Shown here: piece by piece, positions 21,009 through 33,295 of the stretch | Layout of the letters: each line of letters opens with the position of its first letter | How positions within the stretch are numbered: the stretch's first letter is position 1 | Assembly (NCBI GenBank): GCA_977018835.1 | Contig: OZ361256.1 | Coordinates: 6,820,001 to 6,884,000 of the forward strand | Origin: Minutocellus sp. GHC0000111 | Lineage: Eukaryota | Direction: 5' to 3' | DNA length: 64,000 nt | Position numbers and translations under genes: made by a program | Notes under the pieces: model-generated | Told to the model about the DNA's origin: nothing | The model's database searches: none | What the model saw: only the letters and a program-made list of their open reading frames with translations

Positions 21009-24000
21009 ATGGACGACACTTCGGTCACAGACGCTGGCAATGGCGGAGATCGTCGCGCCTCGTTAACCCACAGAGACCTCGGTACCCCGACCCAAGTCGG
21101 CGAACGATTCCTACGCATCTTTCTCGATTCGCCGCACTATCATCGGGCTCTGATGGAATTGCTCCAGGCAGATCCCAGCCTGGCCAAGGACTTTTCGCTG
21201 GAGATCGACATGACCGAACTGAGTCAACGGGATCCCGAGCTGGGCATCGTGCTTCTGCGGTGTCCCTCGACGTTGCTTCGCCTGCTGGAGGACGTCATCG
21301 TAGAAGCGCAGAATGCAGTAAAATCGAAGGCGGAGAGCCAGATGCTCAGCGATCTGGCACCACAGCCACACCCAATGAACCTCACCGTCAAGGGCGAAAA
21401 GGGAAGTCGGTCCGGCGATGCTGCTAATATCACCCCCAACCGCATCCACGCTCGTCTCACCCATCTCCCGCCCCACCCCACCCACTGCAAACCGTCAATC
21501 TCTCGTCTCAACGCCACTGACACCAACAAGATCATCCAGATAGCCGGCACCGTCACCAGGACCTCGGGCGTGTGCATGTACGAATCCGCACGCTCGTACC
21601 AATGCTGCGATCAGAAGAGTGGATGCGGCGGCGCCACCAAATTCAGAATATACGCGGACATGCAACAACACAACAACGCGCTGCCGAAGCCCACCATGTG
21701 TCCCGGTCAGGATTCCGACGGCAACCCATGCGGAAGCAACAAATTTGTCGAGTTGGAGGACATGTCGGTCCACACCGATTACCAAGAAATCAAGATCCAG
21801 GAGAGCAGAGGCCAGAGCGGCGGGAGCAGGACCGGATCTGCTCCTCGTAGCCTGCTCGTCAAGTGCCAGCACGATCTTGTCAATCGATGCCAACCCGGTG
21901 ACGAGGTCGTGGTGGTCGGCACCCTGATCAGCCAATGGCAGCCCTTGGTCGCCGGCCAAGGCGGGGACGCGGGCGTGGCACTCGACGCGAATTCCATCCG
22001 CGTCGTCAATGCCGAGGACAGCCCCAGAAAGGCTCACCCCATTGCCGCACGGAACAAGACATGCCGATCAGTTTGTCCTCGGCTGTACGGGATGAGCACG
22101 ATAAAGCTGGCTCTGTTGGTCACACTCATTGGTGGTGCTGCCCAGGATAATACTGCCATTCACGATAGATCCACCGAATCGGAGGATGATGGCTCGTCCA
22201 ACACCATTCTGGGAGAGGCAGACGACGCCACCGGCACGGACAACAGACCGAAGCAGTTCAAGACCTCCTTCCATACCCTACACAAAGATCGGCGCAAGTC
22301 CAAATCGGTCCAGACCCGACGGAGGGACCAATCCCACATGTTGCTGGTTGGTGAGTTCTGCTTTTTTTTTTTGCCAAAACTCATTTCGTTAGCTCTTAGC
22401 TATTGTATTAGCCATTGCATTTGCATCATCCATGATTTTGACACCTTGAGACTTACAATAAACCACCCATACATCTCTAACCCTTTCCTTCTCTCTCTCT
22501 CCCTCTCTCTCCCACCTACCCGTACATGTATATACTTTCTCCGCCCCCTCCATTCCCTCTCGACTGCTCCCTGCACTTATCTCACACCAAAGGTGATCCG
22601 GGCACCGGTAAATCTCAGTTTCTGCGCTTCGCCGCAGCGCTGTGCCCCCGAAGCGTAATGACGACCGGCACCGGTACCACCTCGGCTGGTCTTACCTGTG
22701 CCGCCGTACGGGAGGGCAACCAAGGAGAATATCAGTTGGAGGCGGGGGCCCTGGTCCTTGCCGACAAGGGCGTTTGCTGCATCGACGAATTTGGCTGCAT
22801 CCGATCAGAGGAGCGCACGGCAATTCACGAGGCAATGGAGCAACAGACGTTGTCGGTCGCCAAGGCCGGCATCGTTGCCAAATTGAACTGTCGAGCCACG
22901 GTGATCGCCGTCACAAACGCCAAAGGAGGCCTCTACGATCACGGCAAGACCCTCACGGAGAACACTGGGATCGAATCCCCACTGATGTCTCGCTTCGATC
23001 TGGTGTTTCGTCTGGTCGACGAAGGCGACTCGATACGGGATGAGAAGGTGGCAACCTTCCTGCTAAACAAGGCCATCGTGGGACCTTCCTGCCATTCTTC
23101 TACCCCTAATGGCACGACCGAATCAACCCAAGGGGATTACTGGTCGATGGAGAAGCTCCGCATCTACATCGCCACGGTCCAGTCTCGATTCCGCCCAGCA
23201 GTGAACAACGAAGCTGTGAAACTCCTCAAGGCGCACTACCAAGCCTGCCGAGCAAGCATGTCTCAGACTACCTCAATAACGGTGCGCTTCCTGGAGTCGC
23301 TCATTCGATTGTCACAGGCTCACGCCCGGCTCATGTATCGCAGTCAGGTCACCCTTCACGATGCCGCCGCCGCAATTCTGCTCATGGAGTGCAGCGCCGG
23401 CTGCCTAGACGGCATCGAGCAAAGTCGGGCTCCTTTCACCACCGATGATGACTATCGGCCCCTCTACAGAGACCCCATGGTCACTATTTTTCCCGATGAC
23501 GACGTGGCGGATATTGAATTTCTATGCGACGAGTACATACTGCTTGACCGATATGACATGGTATTTCGTCTATCAGAAGAGGAACGCGAAACTGCGGCGG
23601 CACATCTCCGGAAGCATCGACGCAGTCCCGGCGATCAAGATAGACCTAATCCCAACGAAGTCGACGAGAACAACAACGTAAGAGTACAAGACGACGACAC
23701 TGAAGATGGCAATGGTGGAGGGGGCGCTAACCAAGATGGAGGCGGTCTTGCCACCGGCGGCGAGGGGAATAGGAGAAATACCACTCGAGGAGCACACCGA
23801 AATGCAGGCCACCAAGACAAATCACTTGTGCGTGGACGATCAGCAACTATCAGCGAATATGCCTATGGAAATTTTATTCAGCCATCGGCAACCACCACCC
23901 AATGCCCACCCACCGGTATCGAGCGGACTGAATTGACGGCACAGAGACCGATAGCTCGGCCTCGAGGCAACGCTAGTCAACGTATTTGCAACACAGGTCA

Positions 24001-24172
24001 AGGCATCTGTCCAGAACCGAATTCCCCTAACCCTTCCTCCTTCCCCTGGACAAGTCCACCGCCACACCGATTACCCGCGTCAGACGAAATAGTAGGTTTT
24101 GCCAAGCCACCATGGACTCCACACAGCAACATCAATGAGAGTCCTAAGCGCAGGAGGCGCACGGCCGACTGA
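21009..24172 (+). CDS. MCM9: MCM9-like helicase; exons 21009-22350 and 22593-24172
   Basis: N-terminal Zn/OB region (YQEIKIQE, CQPGDEV). The splice builds Walker A LLVGDPGTGKSQ. Also TSAGLTCA, LEAGALVLADKGVCCIDEF, SRFD and TVRFLESLIRLSQAHARLM, with a long disordered tail. IDEF and the tail favour MCM9. Confidence 0.85.
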
Positions 24173-24395
24173 CCTGCACAACTACGTAACTTTAGACACT
24201 CTTTTATTACACACAGCTCCCCTCCACTACATTTGTCCATACAATGCAGTTCGAAAGGCCACTTGATGCATTGGTCGCCACCGAAATACTAAAATATAAA
24301 ACTCTAATGACTGTTAAAAATGTGTACATCCTTGTGTAACAAACTCGAAGAAAAGAAGAAGGTTTGGAAACAAATCAATCGTGCGAAGCGTGCCT

Positions 24396-25049
24396 TCAGC
24401 TCAAATTTGCAGTGATGACGAGATGCTCGGTCTCCAACATCAACCCGTTAATCATGGGGTCCTCGTGGTGGAAGCCGCCGCGGCCGTACGAGCGACTATC
24501 CTCTGCGTACCAATCTTCGAGGAGGTCGGGAAGGTAACCCGCCTTCTTGAGTGCCTTCAGCACGCGGACGAGCTTCTTGGAAAACGTGTTGCCGGTCCGA
24601 GGTTCCGGCCGATTGAACACATCCCGGCACGTCTTCTTTGTTGCCTCTGTCAACTCCCGCCGAATAACAGCTTCATCCTCGTCCTTGTCGACGTAGCAGA
24701 AGAGGACGCCGCGCCTCCATCCGTCGAGGAGGACGCTGGCAGCAAACGTGTACAGGATAGAATCTTCCATCTCCTTGTCTGTTGTCAGACGCAGGTCGCC
24801 CGCAATATCGAAGGAGAGAAAGTATGCAAAGCAGCAGGTAAGTTTATTCGCAATCCATATGGTTCCATTTGATAAATGCAGATTTGGATCACGCAAGAGC
24901 TGGTCGACCCGACGGAGCTGATAGGGAACGGCGTGGCACTCCATTTCATCGTCGATCTCATCTGGCTCGGGAACAATAAAGTTGGCAAAGGTGTCTGGGA
25001 TGGGGAAAGAGAGGAGGAGGTGGATTGCGCTGACAGCAAAGTGCATCAT
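24396..25049 (-). CDS. Hypothetical protein
   Basis: 217-aa ORF; no recognisable motif; may contain an intron. Confidence 0.4.
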   Translation of the reverse strand: MMHFAVSAIHLLLSFPIPDTFANFIVPEPDEIDDEMECHAVPYQLRRVDQLLRDPNLHLSNGTIWIANKLTCCFAYFLSFDIAGDLRLTTDKEMEDSILYTFAASVLLDGWRRGVLFCYVDKDEDEAVIRRELTEATKKTCRDVFNRPEPRTGNTFSKKLVRVLKALKKAGYLPDLLEDWYAEDSRSYGRGGFHHEDPMINGLMLETEHLVITANLS

Positions 25050-25343
25050 GAGTGGTTAGTTGTCGTCGTTTTGTGAGCTTACTAGAGTACAACTACGGAA
25101 TTTTCTTGTAAACCGAGAAAGCCTTTTCCATCGTACCAATCGGGTATGTATGTCTTGACAACAAACATTTCACTTTGGATATCTAGGACACCCGGATTCG
25201 ATTCCTACTTTCGGGTCGCACGAGGAACGAAGACGAGGACGTGATTAGGAATTCATCTCTGTGACTTTCCCTCCTCATAAAGTTGACTTCATAAACAACC
25301 GCCTTCCAACGGCTGCATTATTTGACAAAACTTCAAGATCAAC

Positions 25344-25676
25344 ATGAAAATCAGAAGCTCTGAACTGATGAGGATCCAGGTGCTGGAGGGAGTGATAAGA
25401 GAGCGAAACAAGGACATCGACGAGCTTCGTGCCCTAGTAAACAACCAAAAAGAAATGATCTACAATCAGGGTGAACTTATCGAGTTGATCGAAAGCCAGC
25501 ACGAAACGCTCACTAACATTGAGCGCAACAACGATGAACTGATCAAGAACCAAGATAAAATTATCAAGCGCCAAGGTGAATTCATCGAGAAGGTCATGGA
25601 ACGCATCGGAGGAAGTCACACTATGCGCACGGACTTGATGAACATCAACAAGGCGCATGTGGTTACTGATGGATAG
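25344..25676 (+). CDS. Small coiled-coil hypothetical protein
   Basis: Heptad-like repeats (NQKEMIYNQGELIELIESQ...NQDKIIKRQGEFIE). Confidence 0.45.
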   Translation: MKIRSSELMRIQVLEGVIRERNKDIDELRALVNNQKEMIYNQGELIELIESQHETLTNIERNNDELIKNQDKIIKRQGEFIEKVMERIGGSHTMRTDLMNINKAHVVTDG

Positions 25677-25819
25677 GGAACACCACATCTTTGTCCCCTG
25701 AAAATACACTTGTTGTCTCACCGTGTGCGCATTACATGCACATGCATGCATGCATGTGTGCATGTCGCTTGGCATGTCGTTACAACCTCAATTAAACATA
25801 AAACACAAATATATGTACA

Positions 25820-26760
25820 TTGTTTAACCGCGATGATGCCATCAGAGCTACAAAACTTATCGTCTCCCATTTCAAGCGATTCGGCCTGACAGTACATACC
25901 GGTAGTAGATCCCTCGGAGAAGGCTCCAAGACAGAAGCCCTGTACATCCCGCCACCTAGGAAGGAATCGCACACCAAGGAGGAGCTACTGGTAGCAACTG
26001 GAGACATTGTTATCGACGACGACCGACACATATCGTACACCGATGAATTCGGCAGCCTGCTTGAGAAGCAACTGAACGATATTGTTGATATAAATGCCAG
26101 AATCAAGCAAGCCAAAGGCCAATTCCAAGCGATGAGAGATAATGTCTTCACCAACCAAGGATATACCACTACCCGAGCGACTACGATACTACAATGCCCT
26201 CGCCGATGACACAGTTCTATGGGGATGCGAAAGCTGGGCGCACAAACCATCACTGATCAAAAAGCTAGAGTCCATGCATCACAACTGCCTCCGTCAAATC
26301 ATTGGGTACAACTTCTACCGGGACGGTAAAGTCACAAACGAAGAAATTAGAGCTGAAGCTCTTAGTGCCTATACGATGGAAACCAATCTAGAACTAAGGA
26401 GATGCAGATGGCTAGAGAAGATTGCAAACATGGGAGAAAACAGACTGCCTAGCTAGAAAATTATTTGGAGCCTTCTGCCATGGAAAATCTAGACGACGCG
26501 GCAAAGCCAAAGTCACAATTCGACATGGATGCCGTGACACTCTAGAGAAAGTAGGCTTCGGATCTAGAGCAAACGACCTAAGTGAATGGATACCAGCTGC
26601 CAGAGATCCAGTTCTACGGGTTGAAATAGTGGAGTATCGACTAGGATTAGACGACGATTTCTGATACTATTTTCGGTTGCTACAGCGGATTTTACATTTA
26701 GAGATTAGGGAACTCAAGCCCAATAACCTAGGCGAGTACTCATCATCATCATCATCATCA
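25820..26760 (+). mobile_element. 5'-truncated, frameshifted non-LTR retrotransposon (RTE-like), copy 1
   Basis: RT C-terminal/thumb motifs FGLTVH...SKTEA, DINARIKQA, VLWGCESW, HHNCLRQI and RRCRWL; ends in a (CAT)n tail at about 26741-26760. Confidence 0.8.
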
Positions 26761-26902
26761 CATGGCCGGCATCACTCCTGGAGTCGTCAGCAAACCAGAT
26801 GTTGATGTGAGTGTGTTGCCAGTGCCATTGTCACCTACATGTACACTACCAACACACAAATTGTACCAATCACGGCGATTGGAGTAGAATGGGATCTCGA
26901 GA

Positions 26903-27646
26903 TTAGAAGGCGATGCCATCCTGAAAGGTCTTAATCTTGTATTCTTGCCACTTGGTCTCGGCCGACATTTCACGCTCCACCGACGACAGCACTCGTTGAA
27001 TGACATCCTCTTCGACCTCTCCCTCACGGCAACCCAACTCGGCTTCCTTCTCCAGCATTTCTTCCGTCGGCGCATCGGATACGGGAATGGGGGGCCCATT
27101 GTTCATTGCGATATTGTGCTCGGCTTCTACTTTGCTCACCAGGCCAAAGAACTCGGATCTATGGCGCAGCATCATCTTTGTCATCTCCTTTTCATGGATA
27201 TTCATGAGAGCAATCAGCCGGCTATTTGGAGACTCGATCAATGTGCGAGCAGCCTCGTCATCGCCACCACGACCCTGCTCTTTGGAGCGCCTTACAGTCG
27301 CGCTTCTGATGCCCTCGGTCACTTCTCGAGCGGTGCCACCGACGAGGACGTCGGTGCTTACACTGCGGGTGGTGGCACCAGTGGCACCATCGCTACCATC
27401 ACGATGATCGACTTGGGCGCCTCCCACCTTCTCGACTTCCATGACAAGCCGTCTCGGGCTGTATCCAAGGGGATAGGACTCATTTATGAGCCATCTGCAA
27501 TACTTTAGACAGTCGGTTATGGCCCTTCGCTCGGTGCGCAGTTCCTTGAACGCTTTCATTGCGCGAAGACGATCCTGCTTGGTCACCGCCACCACCGATG
27601 GCTGGATACATGTAGACCTATCGCCACGAGCAGGAGCAAGAGGCAT
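26903..27646 (-). CDS. Hypothetical protein, copy 1
   Basis: 247-aa ORF; no recognisable domain. Confidence 0.4.
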   Translation of the reverse strand: MPLAPARGDRSTCIQPSVVAVTKQDRLRAMKAFKELRTERRAITDCLKYCRWLINESYPLGYSPRRLVMEVEKVGGAQVDHRDGSDGATGATTRSVSTDVLVGGTAREVTEGIRSATVRRSKEQGRGGDDEAARTLIESPNSRLIALMNIHEKEMTKMMLRHRSEFFGLVSKVEAEHNIAMNNGPPIPVSDAPTEEMLEKEAELGCREGEVEEDVIQRVLSSVEREMSAETKWQEYKIKTFQDGIAF

Positions 27647-27851
27647 TCTGCGGTACGGATTAGTGACGGGTCAATGCTCCTAGCTAATATTGATAATATA
27701 TGCTCAACAACTGCGCTGCTCGATTTAGGAGAAACAAGTTCCTGCTGGATGCTTCTGCACTCTGGCTCATTACGAACTCGTATGAACGAGCGGAAAGACA
27801 CCAGGTGACGAGGAAAGCGGAAATTAAACATAAAACACAAATATATGTACA

Positions 27852-28792
27852 TTGTTTAACCGCGATGATGCCATCAGAGCTACAAAACTTATCGTCTCCC
27901 ATTTCAAGCGATTCGGCCTGACAGTACATACCGGTAGTAGATCCCTCGGAGAAGGCTCCAAGACAGAAGCCCTGTACATCCCGCCACCTAGGAAGGAATC
28001 GCACACCAAGGAGGAGCTACTGGTAGCAACTGGAGACATTGTTATCGACGACGACCGACACATATCGTACACCGATGAATTCGGCAGCCTGCTTGAGAAG
28101 CAACTGAACGATATTGTTGATATAAATGCCAGAATCAAGCAAGCCAAAGGCCAATTCCAAGCGATGAGAGATAATGTCTTCACCAACCAAGGATATACCA
28201 CTACCCGAGCGACTACGATACTACAATGCCCTCGCCGATGACACAGTTCTATGGGGATGCGAAAGCTGGGCGCACAAACCATCACTGATCAAAAAGCTAG
28301 AGTCCATGCATCACAACTGCCTCCGTCAAATCATTGGGTACAACTTCTACCGGGACGGTAAAGTCACAAACGAAGAAATTAGAGCTGAAGCTCTTAGTGC
28401 CTATACGATGGAAACCAATCTAGAACTAAGGAGATGCAGATGGCTAGAGAAGATTGCAAACATGGGAGAAAACAGACTGCCTAGCTAGAAAATTATTTGG
28501 AGCCTTCTGCCATGGAAAATCTAGACGACGCGGCAAAGCCAAAGTCACAATTCGACATGGATGCCGTGACACTCTAGAGAAAGTAGGCTTCGGATCTAGA
28601 GCAAACGACCTAAGTGAATGGATACCAGCTGCCAGAGATCCAGTTCTACGGGTTGAAATAGTGGAGTATCGACTAGGATTAGACGACGATTTCTGATACT
28701 ATTTTCGGTTGCTACAGCGGATTTTACATTTAGAGATTAGGGAACTCAAGCCCAATAACCTAGGCGAGTACTCATCATCATCATCATCATCA
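27852..28792 (+). mobile_element. Same non-LTR remnant, copy 2
   Basis: Same ORFs as copy 1 at +2032. Confidence 0.8.
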
Positions 28793-28934
28793 CATGGCCG
28801 GCATCACTCCTGGAGTCGTCAGCAAACCAGATGTTGATGTGAGTGTGTTGCCAGTGCCATTGTCACCTACATGTACACTACCAACACACAAATTGTACCA
28901 ATCACGGCGATTGGAGTAGAATGGGATCTCGAGA

Positions 28935-29678
28935 TTAGAAGGCGATGCCATCCTGAAAGGTCTTAATCTTGTATTCTTGCCACTTGGTCTCGGCCGACAT
29001 TTCACGCTCCACCGACGACAGCACTCGTTGAATGACATCCTCTTCGACCTCTCCCTCACGGCAACCCAACTCGGCTTCCTTCTCCAGCATTTCTTCCGTC
29101 GGCGCATCGGATACGGGAATGGGGGGCCCATTGTTCATTGCGATATTGTGCTCGGCTTCTACTTTGCTCACCAGGCCAAAGAACTCGGATCTATGGCGCA
29201 GCATCATCTTTGTCATCTCCTTTTCATGGATATTCATGAGAGCAATCAGCCGGCTATTTGGAGACTCGATCAATGTGCGAGCAGCCTCGTCATCGCCACC
29301 ACGACCCTGCTCTTTGGAGCGCCTTACAGTCGCGCTTCTGATGCCCTCGGTCACTTCTCGAGCGGTGCCACCGACGAGGACGTCGGTGCTTACACTGCGG
29401 GTGGTGGCACCAGTGGCACCATCGCTACCATCACGATGATCGACTTGGGCGCCTCCCACCTTCTCGACTTCCATGACAAGCCGTCTCGGGCTGTATCCAA
29501 GGGGATAGGACTCATTTATGAGCCATCTGCAATACTTTAGACAGTCGGTTATGGCCCTTCGCTCGGTGCGCAGTTCCTTGAACGCTTTCATTGCGCGAAG
29601 ACGATCCTGCTTGGTCACCGCCACCACCGATGGCTGGATACATGTAGACCTATCGCCACGAGCAGGAGCAAGAGGCAT
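28935..29678 (-). CDS. Hypothetical protein, copy 2
   Basis: Identical translation to 26903-27646. Confidence 0.4.
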   Translation of the reverse strand: MPLAPARGDRSTCIQPSVVAVTKQDRLRAMKAFKELRTERRAITDCLKYCRWLINESYPLGYSPRRLVMEVEKVGGAQVDHRDGSDGATGATTRSVSTDVLVGGTAREVTEGIRSATVRRSKEQGRGGDDEAARTLIESPNSRLIALMNIHEKEMTKMMLRHRSEFFGLVSKVEAEHNIAMNNGPPIPVSDAPTEEMLEKEAELGCREGEVEEDVIQRVLSSVEREMSAETKWQEYKIKTFQDGIAF

Positions 29679-29967
29679 TCTGCGGTACGGATTAGTGACG
29701 GGTCAATGCTCCTAGCTAATATTGATAATATATGCTCAACAACTGCGCTGCTCGATTTAGGAGAAACAAGTTCCTGCTGGATGCTTCTGCACTCTGGCTC
29801 ATTACGAACTCGTATGAACGAGCGGAAAGACACCAGGTGACGAGGAAAGCGGAAAAGGCCGCTCTCTCAAAAAAGGAATAGGAACGGCGCTTTCACACCA
29901 ACAAGTCAATTCCCAGCGCTTTGCATGAGTCATTGAATCGTCTCATACTTTTCACCAACATTCTACC

Positions 29968-30636
29968 ATGCCATTTTTCCTCTCATTCCACAGAGAGCAC
30001 ACTAGCAGAGGCGGAGGCCTCATACTGAGATGCCACGCTCGGGTCGTGTACACCCAAACCGATGCGGTCAATTTGGTCCAGAGCGACCGCGAAAGCTGCG
30101 TTGACACACTCACACGGGTGCTCGTCCCGGTCCCGTCTTACTTGCTGGATGTCGCCATACACGCCTATGCGTGTGTGGAGATAGAGGCGAACGCTATCGA
30201 CCCTGTCAATCTGACCATCGGTCGCTGGCTCGCCAGGCACATGGCAGACATCGTCGAGGAAAACAAATTCGATCGGGACAGAGATTCCATACATGATTTT
30301 CTTTTCATGCGATATGTCAACGACTGTCTCGATCGGGTGATCAGCCTCAACTACCCTAACCATCCTTCTTATCTCAACGAACGCACCAGAAGTGAAGCAA
30401 GCAATGTCATCATCACCCGGGCAAACACGCAATCGAAGCCCTCATTCCGCGAAAAGATTCACGCGGTCCAAGTCGAGACCCTCGTATTCGTCAACAGCCT
30501 CAATCTCGACAGCTCGAAGAGCGCCCTGCAAATATACCACGAGGTTTTCAAAATGAAGCATTGCGAGTGCCCTCGATATCCGCCACGAATCATCTTCTTC
30601 GACGAGAACGACGACGAAGAACAAAGGAGACTCTAA
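29968..30636 (+). CDS. Hypothetical protein
   Basis: 222-aa ORF starting at ATG with protein-like composition. Confidence 0.45.
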   Translation: MPFFLSFHREHTSRGGGLILRCHARVVYTQTDAVNLVQSDRESCVDTLTRVLVPVPSYLLDVAIHAYACVEIEANAIDPVNLTIGRWLARHMADIVEENKFDRDRDSIHDFLFMRYVNDCLDRVISLNYPNHPSYLNERTRSEASNVIITRANTQSKPSFREKIHAVQVETLVFVNSLNLDSSKSALQIYHEVFKMKHCECPRYPPRIIFFDENDDEEQRRL

Positions 30637-31792
30637 ACCGCCACACTTCACAGCCGCCAAATTAAATCCATCGACAATTAAAGCGGTAAATTACCCAGGC
30701 CTGATTATAGACCATGTGTGCGCACATGGCTGCTCTGGCTAGCTACATGTACGTAGAAGGGCCTTCTCCACACGTACTAATTGATAGAGTTGTCGCCAAA
30801 TTGTATGTTAACCTTATGTTCTACATTCAAATCGAAACAAATTTGCGTAGACACAAAGTAAACCAACCGAATGCCAAAAAGGGTTCCTTTTACAGGCAAT
30901 TCCCCCCGCCTGAAATTAGATTCTATGTGTGGGTGTACATGAACATGTGCTATTGCTTGGCCCGTCGTCACCTTGCTCTGACAAGGGAACACCAAGGAGA
31001 ATCTTCAATTCATGGCGCGGCCTTCCCCTGCCTTACATACATGTACGGTGTGTTGTTATGTGTACAGAAGATTGATACCGATATATGTAATATCTACGCG
31101 TTTATCGGATTGTCATCTTGAATGAATGAAGAGATAAGATCAAAAAGGTCCGGGGCAATCAACCGTGCAATTTTCGTCTTTCTAGATAGACATGTAGAAT
31201 AGATAGATAGATAGATAGGCATATTTTACTTACACATGAACTACTATATCTATTAAATAGATCCATGCAGTTGTAGACTTTCAACACATGATGTAACTAC
31301 CGAAGCTGCGTAGGACAGAACAGAACACGAATTCAAATAAATGACGGCGGAAACGACCAACGGGACACCTACCGAGAGCCTAACGCTTGCGCTTGGATGC
31401 TCGATTCTTTGATCCAACAACTGGAGGTAGAGGCGGCGCTATCGCATGCATCTCGGCATACTGGATTTCGGTATAGACACCCATGGAGTCCAGTATATTA
31501 CTCTGAACGCCACCCTCGAACTTAATATCAAGCAGCTCACCGCGGCGACGAGAAGCAGGCCACACCTTCTTTATCTCGCCCCACCCAGGCCTGCAATAAT
31601 GAAACAGCACCAAGAAGGCAAATCAGATGACGAGAGGAAATGCACACCCACAGACAAATGCATTTACTCCAATCTATACCAATCATAAATGACAGCGACG
31701 ACAGAATATCTGATAAAAGAAATTGCACACATAGCCATCCCGACGGAAGCGGAGAGATGTGGGAAGCGATGACAATCACCAATACAGCTTAC

Positions 31793-32905
31793 TTACTTTT
31801 CACCATCAACATATACACGGGCACCGACCACCTTCTCCGTCGACCAGGCACGCGAAGAAGGGAGATGCGCTGGCTTGGTACCTCGTTGCTGTCGAGCATC
31901 CCCGTCATCAATCAGCTCCGCTTTCGTGCTGTTGCTTCGCACAGGAGTGACAGCGTCCGCAAACGAAACAGGAATTTCCGTTGCCGGGCTAGTGATTTGT
32001 GCTACACCGGATGAAAGGGAAGCCGTGCCAGCAGTGGCTACTTCCGCTGACTTTTCGACAGGACCATCGACTTTGCCGGGAGAGCTTTCAAGGACCACGC
32101 CATCGCCGGCACCGCCAAGTCCTCCTATAGCTGCTGCTTCATCGACGGCGGCAGCAGTGGCACCGGTGTTGGCAGAGGGCAATTCGTCGTCACTGTAGAG
32201 ATACCTGATGTTGTAAAGGGCGCGGTACCTGCTCTTGCTGCCCGTGACGGCAGTGGGGGAGGTGACATCAATGAATTCACCGACACGCTCATCGCTATCC
32301 TTGGCTGACAACACGTGAGGAGTTGGGCCCGTGTATTGGAATGCATCTGCCCACTCCTTTCGCGATTTATCGCCTTCCGCAACGCGCTTTTCCTCGGAAG
32401 CCAGATATTCCGCCAGGATGGAATTGAGCTCCCTGACGGCTCCGTCGGAACTTTCAACAACCATCAGCATGGACTCCTGCTGTGGAGGTGGTCCACTTCC
32501 TTCCGCAGAAGCTCTGCCGGGAACAGTGCTTCCGATGATAGACGGTACGTCGACGCGCCAAACGGTCATCATTTGCACCGGTTGATACGGCTCCTGCGCC
32601 GGTCCTCCTTCGGGCGCGGGGACTGCCAAATGCGAGGAGGGCACAAGGCTGACCGCTTTCGTCATCCTGTGAACGACACGGACGAAGGGAGCATATCGAC
32701 CCTGAACAAAGGTGTCATACGTCTGCCTAAGGGTTCCAGGGCGCGGCCCTCTCGCCTTTGACTTTCTCGTGGAGGAGTTGCACGATTTCTTCTTTACGGC
32801 ACCACCACCGGCAAAACTGCCGACATCACCGGGAGAAGGACCGGCTGCAGATGAAGTTGTACCGGTGGGAGATGGCGTGTCGTCCATCACTGCAACTTGC
32901 GACAA
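31793..32905 (-). CDS. Hypothetical protein
   Basis: 370-aa ORF; low-complexity ends around a globular-looking core. The true start or splicing is unclear. Confidence 0.45.
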   Translation of the reverse strand: MSQVAVMDDTPSPTGTTSSAAGPSPGDVGSFAGGGAVKKKSCNSSTRKSKARGPRPGTLRQTYDTFVQGRYAPFVRVVHRMTKAVSLVPSSHLAVPAPEGGPAQEPYQPVQMMTVWRVDVPSIIGSTVPGRASAEGSGPPPQQESMLMVVESSDGAVRELNSILAEYLASEEKRVAEGDKSRKEWADAFQYTGPTPHVLSAKDSDERVGEFIDVTSPTAVTGSKSRYRALYNIRYLYSDDELPSANTGATAAAVDEAAAIGGLGGAGDGVVLESSPGKVDGPVEKSAEVATAGTASLSSGVAQITSPATEIPVSFADAVTPVRSNSTKAELIDDGDARQQRGTKPAHLPSSRAWSTEKVVGARVYVDGEK

Positions 32906-33295
32906 CGCCTTGCGCGGTCAGACAAATCTTGCGTTTTGATGTGTCTAATGAAACCCACCACCGACTTGAAATGAATAAGCAACATTCACTACATCGAAGA
33001 GTAACTCGTTCCATTTTAGTTCGGTGCTGATTGGCTGACCTTCCACGTTCTCAATTATTTCGATACCATGCTTCTAGCTACGTAGCCACGTACCTAGGTA
33101 ATAGTAGTACCTAGGTACAGTAGCATTCAGCCATTCGCATTCCGAGGTAGATTCGTCATCGATACTCCTCTCTTGAAATATTATGAAATTTTCCCGAAAA
33201 CAATCATTTAAGGGAGTGACAAGAGAACCGAAGATGAATCGAATCATTCGACTCATTTCACAACAAAGCAGTTTGCGATTGCGTCACACAAGTAC

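Larger units (their letters stand above)
25790..29853. repeat. Direct tandem duplication of a 2032-bp unit (25790-27821 and 27822-29853)
   Basis: ORFs recur with identical translations at +2032; AA microhomology at the junction. Confidence 0.95.

Noticed and set aside
31380..31613. Possible small Tudor/SH3-like exon (GWGEIKKVW...LLDIKFEGG)
   Set aside because: Too short, and exon structure unresolved, to support a call.
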